In this document: positions 8,800 through 17,170 of the stretch, one piece after another | How the letters are laid out: each line of letters begins with the position of its first letter | Numbering within the stretch: position 1 is the stretch's first letter | Origin: Patescibacteria group bacterium | Lineage (GTDB): Bacteria > Patescibacteriota > Minisyncoccia > UBA6257 > UBA9933 | NCBI GenBank assembly: GCA_030017615.1 | Contig: JASEIG010000001.1 | Coordinates: forward strand, 22,518-86,517 | Direction: 5' to 3' | DNA length: 64,000 nt | Program-made: the position numbers and the translations under genes | Notes under the pieces: model-generated | Told to the model about the DNA's origin: nothing | Seen by the model: the letters and a program-made list of their open reading frames with translations, nothing else | Databases searched by the model: none

Positions 8800-11244
8800 A
8801 TGAAAAGTAAGTGTAAGTATTTGATTTTGATTTTATTACTAACGGCAATAATGATTGGCGTTAATTTTTATAAGTTTAGTGATACATATTACGGAGGGGA
8901 TACAATTTACGGGGCTCAAGTGGCAAGAAACGTGATGGCTGGGAAAGGTTATGTTACTTCGGAGATGCCGCTTTATGCCATAAATCTTTATCAAAAATTA
9001 GGCCTTTCACTTGACGGGCCATGGCTTAACACTCACAGGTTCGTTTTGCCGGTTTATCTTGATATTCTTTTTATCAAAACATTCGGCAATAATATAAAGA
9101 GTGTAACGTTTTTTTACGACTATCTTTTCTTTTTTTTAACCATAATTTTAATATATTTTTTAGGGTTAAAAATTTGGCCTGATAAGCCGGCTCTGGCATT
9201 TTTAGCCGCCTTTGTATCCTTAATCAATCCATTAGTGCTTGGTTCCGATGTGTTTGTTTTTTTTGTGTTTCTATATGTAATGAATTTATGGAAAGAAAGC
9301 GATTCAAAATGGTATTTGCTTTTGGCAGGTTTGGTTTCCGGAGCGGCGTTTTTAAGCCGTTATAATTACGGCCTTTTTATTGTAGCGGCTTTTCTCGCGA
9401 TGCTTTACTTTTTGGTTTTCAAACAACGAAAACAGCAGCCGCTGAAAATTTTATTAAAACAATTTATTGGCAAGTATCTTGTTTATTTTAGCGGTTTTCT
9501 TGCGGTAGTAGTCGGTTTTGTTATTTGGAATTTAAAAAATACGGGACATGTATTTTTATCAATAAACGGCCTTTTCCAATTATTTCACGATACTCGTTTT
9601 TACAGTTATATCGATGGCTGGTATAAATTGGAATATATCTTCCCGACGGACAATCCTTTTGGTTATCTGTTCACGCATCGTGATGCGTTAGTGGCCGTGA
9701 CTGCCAGATGGTTCAAATATGCTATTTCGGATATCATAAGATTGATTTCGTTTCAAGGAATTTTATGGTGGCCGCCTTTAGTTTTCGGATATTTCATGAT
9801 TTCCCGAAAAATTAAGGATGACTCTTTAAAAACAGTAAATTTTCTTCTGTGGATTGTATTTATTTTAACATTTTTTCAAATCATAATTTTGCCAATTTGG
9901 GCCGGAGGCGTAGGTTATTTTATGTTTTTGTTTCCCATTTTTAGCTTTCCCATCGCCTATGTTTTATATTTTACGTATCAGAAATTTGCAGGCTTCTCGA
10001 TTTTTAACGGCATTGATACCATTTCTTTTTTAAAAAAAATCGGGAATAATATTTTTGGAAAAACAACTTCCGAAAATATTTTGAATATTATTTTGATTAT
10101 TCTGATATTGACATCCTTTATTTTTTTGATTTACCCCCTTCCTACGGCTATTGCCCAATTTTTGGGCACAAAAGGTTCTCCGCTGATGGTTTTAATAATT
10201 TTTTGCTTTATTCTGTTCTTAATTTTAGGCGCGATATTTGTTTCACTAAATAATTACAGCAAGTTATTATTTCCAACCTTTTTATTAATTGGGATGTCCT
10301 ATCTTTTTATTGTCAGAGTCGGTATTTTTAACGACATATCCGGAATGAGCCCGAAATCCAGATGGGATTTGGAGGATAATTTTGAAAATATCAAATTATT
10401 AGAAAAAACTGGTAATAATGGCGTTATTCTTTCATTGGCTCCGTGGAATGTCGTTTGGTGGAGCGCTAATAAGTTGAAATCTCTTCCAATTCCGGAATAC
10501 CCCGATGAAGTTTATCTGCTTGAAACGAAATATAATCAGAAAATTGACGCTATTTATTTGAATAAAATAAATAAATACGTCGTACAAGTGATATCTTACC
10601 CCTGGTCCGCGTATCAAAGGGCTGTTAATTTTGGCTATACATTTGACGGATTTAAAGTTTCAAAAAGGTTACTTGATACCAGCGGCATAATTTTAGAGAG
10701 GGATAAGAATTTCCGTTTTCCTTTATCGACAGATTTGATTGATTTTGGAAAGGAATCGGCCAGTAGCCATTTAATCTGGGGATGGGGAGAAAATCTCAAA
10801 GATGGAGACAGAGATTACGTTTCTGCCGGAGAATTCAGGTATTTGATGAATAAAGATGAATATCACAACGAAGATATTAGGGAAGTTTTCGGTATATTTA
10901 TGGAATCGGGCGTGACTTATAAGCCTAATGTTGAAGTAACTTTTCTTGCGAGTGATAACAAAAAGCCGAATAAGATAGAAATTGCACTGAAGAGTTTGGT
11001 TGAAAAACAAAATATGGAGTTGATTCTTAATGGAAATCTTTTATATGTTGGTCAGCCGGGCGTTGATTTGGGAAATTTTAACATAAGCACTAAGTGGCAA
11101 AAATTGGTGATTAATATAGATTCTCAAAAATTAAATAATGGCACCAATAAATTATCTTTTGTTTTTGCCGCAACTCGCAAAGGAGTTCCTCCGGAAGAGG
11201 ACCAATTTGCCTTGTTTGATTACATAAAATTCTACGGCGATTAA
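8800..11244 (+). CDS. GT-C fold membrane glycosyltransferase (ArnT/PMT-like) with large C-terminal extracytoplasmic domain
   Basis: About 12 predicted TM helices over the first ~500 aa, with aromatic-rich loops typical of the PMT_2/ArnT family. The soluble C-terminal ~300 aa domain is not recognised. ATG at 8800 is preferred over the TTG at 8773. Confidence 0.5.
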   Translation: MKSKCKYLILILLLTAIMIGVNFYKFSDTYYGGDTIYGAQVARNVMAGKGYVTSEMPLYAINLYQKLGLSLDGPWLNTHRFVLPVYLDILFIKTFGNNIKSVTFFYDYLFFFLTIILIYFLGLKIWPDKPALAFLAAFVSLINPLVLGSDVFVFFVFLYVMNLWKESDSKWYLLLAGLVSGAAFLSRYNYGLFIVAAFLAMLYFLVFKQRKQQPLKILLKQFIGKYLVYFSGFLAVVVGFVIWNLKNTGHVFLSINGLFQLFHDTRFYSYIDGWYKLEYIFPTDNPFGYLFTHRDALVAVTARWFKYAISDIIRLISFQGILWWPPLVFGYFMISRKIKDDSLKTVNFLLWIVFILTFFQIIILPIWAGGVGYFMFLFPIFSFPIAYVLYFTYQKFAGFSIFNGIDTISFLKKIGNNIFGKTTSENILNIILIILILTSFIFLIYPLPTAIAQFLGTKGSPLMVLIIFCFILFLILGAIFVSLNNYSKLLFPTFLLIGMSYLFIVRVGIFNDISGMSPKSRWDLEDNFENIKLLEKTGNNGVILSLAPWNVVWWSANKLKSLPIPEYPDEVYLLETKYNQKIDAIYLNKINKYVVQVISYPWSAYQRAVNFGYTFDGFKVSKRLLDTSGIILERDKNFRFPLSTDLIDFGKESASSHLIWGWGENLKDGDRDYVSAGEFRYLMNKDEYHNEDIREVFGIFMESGVTYKPNVEVTFLASDNKKPNKIEIALKSLVEKQNMELILNGNLLYVGQPGVDLGNFNISTKWQKLVINIDSQKLNNGTNKLSFVFAATRKGVPPEEDQFALFDYIKFYGD

Positions 11245-11256
11245 ATGAAATACCGA

Positions 11257-12948
11257 TTAATTATTTAACAAATTAGAATTTTTAAGGAACTTTTTACTTT
11301 CTTTATTTAAAATATTTTTATTAAATTTCCCGTTGGATAAAATTGTTTTTCCGTTAATTTTAATTGTCGCGTCAGCTATGGTACCGTCATAATGCGGACC
11401 ATTATTTTCCCCGCCGAAATAGCTGTTATTGCCGAAGCCAACGTGGATAGTGCCGGCTTTTTTTTCATCTTCCAAAATTGTCCGGTTCAATATGCAGTTT
11501 GGATTTATTCCGATGCCTATCTCGGCAATATACGATAATGTCGGGTATTTTTTAAAGTATCTTTTAATAATCCCTTTATCCTCTCCTTCAATTTTTATTA
11601 TTTTTCCATTTTGGATATGAAATGTAAGAGGAAATTGGGAAACATCTCCTAATTCGTCAAAACTAATATTAAAAATTAAAGTTCCGTTAGCATCGTTTGA
11701 AGTTATTCCGAATGAAATTTCGCCGGAAGGAAAATTGCCTCCGCTTCCTGGATTTTGATAAAGACCGCTTTCAACAAATGCGGAAGAATATTTTAACTTG
11801 AGATTCAAGCCTTTTTTGTTGGAGATTTCTATAATACCATTATTTTTAATTTTATTTAAAACATCATCGCCAAGAGCCGCCATTTTCTTGAAATCAGTGA
11901 AAAAACCGCCGTTCTTTAAAATTTCAGGACACATTCCATAACATTCAAGAACTTTATTTTTATATTCATATTTTGCCCTGCGTCTTGTGGGGGCGTGATA
12001 CCAAGATTGCGATGCAGCCAGAATTATAACACTATAATTCTTTATTTTATTTTTAATAGTAGTCGGAAAATCGTTTTTAAAATCAAGCGGGAGATTTTTA
12101 TCAATATCAACTAATGCACCAGACTCCTTTAATAATCTGCTCAATGAATCAATAAATAATTCGGAACTTTTTATATCTGAAAGTATTAAAATTTTATCTT
12201 TTGATTTAATTCTCCAATAGCGAGAAAAATTATTTATTATCGTTTTTTTATTAATTGTTTGATAATATTGATCTTTAATTTTATTTGTTTGTTTTACAAG
12301 CTCCGAAAATTTTTTTCCGCTTGCGTAAATCGGAAAGACGTCAAGATAGTAAAAATTATATTTACGTTTAGTTTGAGTAAGTTTATGGTAGGCCCACGGC
12401 CCTTCAATCCAAATTGCTGAAATAGCGATGACTTTCGCGCCAGCTTTTTTGGCCAAATTTAAAAGGACTTCAATAGTGTTTCCCGTGGAGATGACATCAT
12501 CAAATATCAGGATTTTTTTATTTTTGATAAGTGATGCGTTAAATTTATCAAGATACAGTTTTTGCTTGTAAGAAGAAGTAGCTGTTGATTTTAATTCTTC
12601 GGCTAAATAAACTTTACTGTCGTTTTTGATATTTTTTCTCGCAACAGCCATATTTTTGAGATTTAATTGTTTTGAAAGTTCATAAGCTATCGGAATCGGT
12701 CTTGATTCGGCAGTCAAAATACAGTCGATTTTTAATAAAGTTACCATTTTTCTGGCGGCTAATTTTGTGAATTCCACGTCAGACCCGAAACTTAGTTTAG
12801 TATTGCCGACAATATTAATTTCACCGCTTTTGCATATAGGCAAAGACCGTTCTAAGCCATAAAAATTTAATTCGTAATTTTTTACGTGATTATTTTTTCT
12901 AATATCAATAAATTTTGTGCTATTGGAAAAAATATCGGGATCTAGCAT
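11257..12948 (-). CDS. Fusion protein: type I phosphoribosyltransferase domain (N) + M29 (AmpS/PepS-like) aminopeptidase domain (C)
   Basis: PRTase PRPP-binding motif ILIFDDVISTGNTIEVL in the N-terminal third. C-terminal EIGIGINPN...AGTIHVGFGNNSYFGGENNGPHYDGTIADATIKINGKTI matches the M29 thermophilic aminopeptidase core. Continuous 563-aa ORF. Confidence 0.55.
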   Translation of the reverse strand: MLDPDIFSNSTKFIDIRKNNHVKNYELNFYGLERSLPICKSGEINIVGNTKLSFGSDVEFTKLAARKMVTLLKIDCILTAESRPIPIAYELSKQLNLKNMAVARKNIKNDSKVYLAEELKSTATSSYKQKLYLDKFNASLIKNKKILIFDDVISTGNTIEVLLNLAKKAGAKVIAISAIWIEGPWAYHKLTQTKRKYNFYYLDVFPIYASGKKFSELVKQTNKIKDQYYQTINKKTIINNFSRYWRIKSKDKILILSDIKSSELFIDSLSRLLKESGALVDIDKNLPLDFKNDFPTTIKNKIKNYSVIILAASQSWYHAPTRRRAKYEYKNKVLECYGMCPEILKNGGFFTDFKKMAALGDDVLNKIKNNGIIEISNKKGLNLKLKYSSAFVESGLYQNPGSGGNFPSGEISFGITSNDANGTLIFNISFDELGDVSQFPLTFHIQNGKIIKIEGEDKGIIKRYFKKYPTLSYIAEIGIGINPNCILNRTILEDEKKAGTIHVGFGNNSYFGGENNGPHYDGTIADATIKINGKTILSNGKFNKNILNKESKKFLKNSNLLNN

Positions 12949-12957
12949 GGTTTAGTA

Positions 12958-13788
12958 TTAAAAAGTTAAAATAAATTTATTTATTAATTTAAATAAATAT
13001 TCGGATTTGATTTTGCCGACATTCCAGATTTTATCCAAATTTATTTTTGATTTGCCTTTAAGCGAAGTAATATCGCTTACGCAAGAAATAGCGGCAATAT
13101 TTGTATTGGCTTGGCGCGCGGCTAAAACTTCTGGGACTATTGACCAACCGACTATGTCGGCGCCTATTTTTTTTAATAAAGAAAGCTCCGCCGGCGTTTC
13201 AAAATTAGGGCCGATAAGAAAAGCAAAGATTCCTTCATTGGCTTTGATTTTTTCTTTTTTAGCAATGGCAATAAGTTTTTTATTCCACTCTTTTTTATAG
13301 GCGTTTGTCATATCAACAAAATAAGATCCTAAATTTTCATCAGACATTATCAGAGGATTAAAATCGGTTAAATTGATATGATCTTTTAAAATAATAAAAT
13401 CGCCGACTTTATGTTTCTGATTAATGCCGCCGACTAAATTGGTAAAAATAACGCCTTGCTTGCTGATTTTAGCCGCCACTCGCGCGTTATAGGCGACCTC
13501 CTGGGCATTATAACCTTGGTATGCATGAATTCTTCCGTGAAATATTAAAACGTTTTTACCGCCCAATGTTCCGAATCGCAATAATCCTTTATGGGTTTTA
13601 ATTACTGGCTTTACAAAATTTGGAATTTTTTCATAAGGAATAACAATTTTTTCTTTGAATAATTTATTATCCGGCTCAAATCCAGACCCGAGAATAATTG
13701 AAAAATCAATTTTTAAAGCAATATTTTTTTTGATAAAAGCGATTGATTCCGATATTTTTTTTGAAATCAGTTTTTGGGATTTATTCAT
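12958..13788 (-). CDS. Purine nucleoside phosphorylase / MTA phosphorylase family (PNP_UDP_1)
   Basis: VLIFHGRIHAYQGY and GIFAFLIGPNFETPAE motifs of trimeric PNP/MTAP enzymes. Length 276 aa. Confidence 0.7.
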   Translation of the reverse strand: MNKSQKLISKKISESIAFIKKNIALKIDFSIILGSGFEPDNKLFKEKIVIPYEKIPNFVKPVIKTHKGLLRFGTLGGKNVLIFHGRIHAYQGYNAQEVAYNARVAAKISKQGVIFTNLVGGINQKHKVGDFIILKDHINLTDFNPLIMSDENLGSYFVDMTNAYKKEWNKKLIAIAKKEKIKANEGIFAFLIGPNFETPAELSLLKKIGADIVGWSIVPEVLAARQANTNIAAISCVSDITSLKGKSKINLDKIWNVGKIKSEYLFKLINKFILTF

Positions 13789-13811
13789 AAAATCTGCAGT
13801 TTAATTTTAAA

Positions 13812-14840
13812 TTAAATATTTTTATCTTTTAACCAATCAACCGTGTCTTTGATGGTTTTATCAATATTAATGTAATCAAGCCCAAGTTCTTTTTGGGATT
13901 TTGTCCCATCATATCCGGGTTTTAAACGGGCAATATGAAGGCTTTTCGGCGCGACAATTGGCGGTATTTTGGTAATATAACTGACAGCTAAATTTAAATA
14001 GGCGATTAGATATGCGAACCAATACGGGATTTCAAACCATTTTAATTTAAGATTAGCTGCCTTGGCAATACGCTTAAAAAGATCATTCATTGTCAGATTG
14101 GCCGCACATAAGATATATTTTTCTTTTTCTTTGGCTTTGGTAAGCGCTAAAAAATGGGCACGTCCCACGTCTCTCACGTCAACTAGTCCTATACGTGTGT
14201 CCAGCGAGGCCTTATTTTTTCCTTTCAAAAATCTGTAAATTAATTCCATGGTTGGAGGAATTGATTTATTTCCTATATTAGGTCCGATTACCGCGGCGGG
14301 ATTCAGGATTTTAATGGAAATATTTTCATTGCTTTCCAATAACAGTTTTTCTGATAAGTATTTTGACTGGCCGTAATCATTATCAATATTGCGGAAATTA
14401 TACGGAATTTTTTCATTTGCAACTTCATTTTCCGGCAGCAGACCTATGGTTTTAATACTGCTTGTGTAAATGAATTGCTCAATTCCTTTTTGAACTGCCA
14501 AATTAAGTAAATTTTCCGTTGCTTCAACATTTGTTTTATACAGCAAATTTATATCATCGATCCATATTTTATGTATGGCCGCGGAATGGAAAACATAATT
14601 TATTCCGTCAAGGGCGCTGGAATAAGAATTCGGATTTAAAATATTTCCTCCAATCAATTTCACTCCAAGGGATCTAAGTTTTTCAACGGAATGTTTATCG
14701 GAGTTTTTTCTGATCAGAGCTTTTACAGAAATATTGTTTTCAAGCAGATTTTTAATTATATAAAACCCTACAAATCCGGTGCCGCCGGTGACAAAAGCGA
14801 TTTTTTGAACTATTTTAGATGATATTTTTTGTAATGACAT
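13812..14840 (-). CDS. NAD(P)-dependent epimerase/dehydratase-family SDR reductase
   Basis: N-terminal FVTGGTGFVGFYII Rossmann motif and YGQSK catalytic YxxxK. Overlaps the upstream Cys-rich gene by 26 bp, which suggests an operon. Confidence 0.65.
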   Translation of the reverse strand: MSLQKISSKIVQKIAFVTGGTGFVGFYIIKNLLENNISVKALIRKNSDKHSVEKLRSLGVKLIGGNILNPNSYSSALDGINYVFHSAAIHKIWIDDINLLYKTNVEATENLLNLAVQKGIEQFIYTSSIKTIGLLPENEVANEKIPYNFRNIDNDYGQSKYLSEKLLLESNENISIKILNPAAVIGPNIGNKSIPPTMELIYRFLKGKNKASLDTRIGLVDVRDVGRAHFLALTKAKEKEKYILCAANLTMNDLFKRIAKAANLKLKWFEIPYWFAYLIAYLNLAVSYITKIPPIVAPKSLHIARLKPGYDGTKSQKELGLDYINIDKTIKDTVDWLKDKNI

Positions 14841-15978
14841 ATTTTATATCATTTTTAAATGGGCATGATACGGTTATTCCATCTTTATATATGTCAGTTT
14901 CTTTATTATATTCAAGTAAGAGCAAGTAGGGGAAAATACGCGTAAAAAGATGGAGACAGATAATTTTTGAAAAATCAAAATTGAATACTTGGTTTTCTTT
15001 ATGTTTTAACAAGCAATAATTCTTTGTTTTTTTAACCGTTAATGAAGTTTTTGATTTGTCATTCGGGTCTCTGCTAATCATAAATTCAACTTTTCCGCCG
15101 GGATTTGGGCATTGAACTTGCGCACTGTTGATATCTTTGCTCCATTTGAAATAGCCCCCATTTTGAAATGTTGTTATGTAGGGGATTGCGATGTTAAAAA
15201 CATACGGGCATAGGCTATCCGGCATCAATTCTTTTAAAGTTATTTCTCTTTTTTGCCATAATTTATTTTCACATTTTACATCATTCAAAGAAGTAATTGT
15301 AAATTGGGATAAGTCAGGAAGGCAGAAAAATTGATTATTTGATGATTGTATCGCTTTGGGGCATGAGGTGCAGTTTTGGCAGGAATTTTCGTTAAAGTTG
15401 ACGCTATAGGCGATATCGGTAGCCGAATCGGGGCAAAAAAATTTTATTCTATCAGCACCGTATTTTTTAAGAGATTCATTTCTATTGTATAAATGAATTA
15501 ATGGATATACGGAAAAGAAGGAAGCGGGGCAAAGTTCTTTAATGTCGGGAATTTTTATTTCACATTCATCTCCTTTTTTTAATGCGCAATTATTTCCTGA
15601 GTTTAAAACTTCCAGTTTTATTAGTTTATCAATTGCATCTTTTGGAAATCCAAGTTTTCTGAATATTTTTTCCGCAATATTTAGGATAAATTTAATTTTT
15701 TTAAATCTGTAGCTTATTTTCAGCAAGGTCGGATCACTGGCATTTGGACAACTTACAACGATTTCATTTTTATCTAACTGTTTGCCAAATTTGGCATTAT
15801 ATAAAAGTGCTAAAAGGTACGGATAGACCGCGTAATAAGCATCAATACAAAAATTTTTAGGGTGCAGGGCATCATTGTTATATATTTCTTTGCCGGTTTT
15901 ACAATAGCCACAACCCTTATTTTTTGTTAAATGTTGGCATACGTTTATTTGTTCCAGATTTGTGCAATATTTAACCAT
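14815..15978 (-). CDS. Cysteine-rich protein (about 22 Cys) with four internal ~40-aa C-x8-[YIF]P...[YF][NQ]...C-P repeats; unknown function, candidate radical-SAM partner or substrate
   Basis: Repeats seen directly: FCIDAYYAVYPYLLALLYNAKF..SCPNASD; LCPASFFSVYPLIHLYNRNE..FCPDSATD; LCPYVFNIAIPYITTFQNGG..QCPNPGG; ICLHLFTRIFPYLLLLEYNKET..SCPFKND. Starts 12 bp after the SPASM-rSAM gene stop. Confidence 0.5.
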   Translation of the reverse strand: MVKYCTNLEQINVCQHLTKNKGCGYCKTGKEIYNNDALHPKNFCIDAYYAVYPYLLALLYNAKFGKQLDKNEIVVSCPNASDPTLLKISYRFKKIKFILNIAEKIFRKLGFPKDAIDKLIKLEVLNSGNNCALKKGDECEIKIPDIKELCPASFFSVYPLIHLYNRNESLKKYGADRIKFFCPDSATDIAYSVNFNENSCQNCTSCPKAIQSSNNQFFCLPDLSQFTITSLNDVKCENKLWQKREITLKELMPDSLCPYVFNIAIPYITTFQNGGYFKWSKDINSAQVQCPNPGGKVEFMISRDPNDKSKTSLTVKKTKNYCLLKHKENQVFNFDFSKIICLHLFTRIFPYLLLLEYNKETDIYKDGITVSCPFKNDIKYVITKNII

Positions 15979-15990
15979 TACGATAAAAAG

Positions 15991-17049
15991 TTATTTCCAA
16001 AGCATTTTTTTAATAACATCCATCCAATCCTCAAAATTTAACGCAAAAAATGTAGTTGATTCATCGGAACTTCCGCAAGCTATGCATTTTGCCTTTGGTC
16101 CCAATTTTTCCCAGGCATCTTTAATATTGCCATTATTTACTTTGGATGCGTATTCCGGCCGGAAAAAAGTTGTCGGACAAGGGCATAGGGTATTATCTCC
16201 ATCAAGCCAGCAAATTAAACGTCCATGCCTGCATTCATCGTATTTATAATCGGAAGGCAGATTTTCCTTAAAACCGATTGAGGTATAGCTAATAGGCCAA
16301 TCCGCAGCTTTTTTAAGGGAATTAAACGTATTACTGATAGGATAACCCTGTTTTTTCAGTTCAATCAGTTTTTGATATACTTTTTTGGTTTCTTCGGTTG
16401 TTAGTTCTCCGGTACCCACAGATTTTGTATTTTCCGCTCCGGAAACGACGGATACACAGAAAGAAACTTGGGTGTTATATTTTTTTGCCAAATCAAAAAG
16501 ACTCATAATAGATTCATTATTAAAAGCACTTTCCCTGACAAGAGCGGCATGAATTTCAAAGGGTATTTTATTTGCAAAAGCAGCATCCATTCCTTCAATA
16601 ACTTTTTGATAAATTCCTTTTCCTCTCGTTTGTTCAACTATCTGTTCATTGCCATCAAGGCTAAAACTTAGCTGGTCCGCTCCAAGAAGGGCATCAATTC
16701 TATTTGCCACTAATACTCCATTTGTAGAAATTCGACAAAAACGTTCCTTATTTTTTATGTATGATATAATTTCTTTCAAATCCGGTCTTAAACAAGGCTC
16801 GCCGCCTTGTAAAAGAAATATTCTTGTTCCAAGTTTAATAAATTGGTTAATGTAACTCTTAAGTTGTTGGGTATTATAATCCGGTATTCCCACATTTTCT
16901 TGATCCTTGGCATAACAAAATATGCAATTTAAGTTACATTTATTTGTTAATCCTAAAGAAACCATTAAGGGAACTCTTCTTTTTGTAATTTTATAATTTA
17001 AAGAGTGGAGAAAAATAAAAAATCCATTAATAACATATTCTTTTTTCAT
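15991..17049 (-). CDS. Radical SAM protein with C-terminal SPASM/twitch-like cysteine cluster
   Basis: CNLNCIFCYA (CxxxCxxC) near the N-terminus. C-terminal CRHGRLICWLDGDNTLCPCP...CIACGSSDE auxiliary-cluster pattern. Confidence 0.7.
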   Translation of the reverse strand: MKKEYVINGFFIFLHSLNYKITKRRVPLMVSLGLTNKCNLNCIFCYAKDQENVGIPDYNTQQLKSYINQFIKLGTRIFLLQGGEPCLRPDLKEIISYIKNKERFCRISTNGVLVANRIDALLGADQLSFSLDGNEQIVEQTRGKGIYQKVIEGMDAAFANKIPFEIHAALVRESAFNNESIMSLFDLAKKYNTQVSFCVSVVSGAENTKSVGTGELTTEETKKVYQKLIELKKQGYPISNTFNSLKKAADWPISYTSIGFKENLPSDYKYDECRHGRLICWLDGDNTLCPCPTTFFRPEYASKVNNGNIKDAWEKLGPKAKCIACGSSDESTTFFALNFEDWMDVIKKMLWK

Positions 17050-17170
17050 ATTTAATGAATATTACATTAATAATAATTAAAACAATTTTAATTAACCCTA
17101 ATTAAATAGTCAATTAATTTTGATGTTTGAGTTATTGCGTTTATTGTCGGAATAAGCGTAAAATAAATAG

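Noticed and set aside
11257-13788. PRTase + PNP pair as a possible nucleotide-targeting anti-phage defence module
   Set aside because: Both look like ordinary purine-salvage enzymes (canonical PRPP loop, trimeric PNP motifs). No associated sensor, reverse transcriptase, TIR, nuclease or cyclase genes. Salvage metabolism is the simpler explanation, and the fusion partner is reported separately as an oddity.
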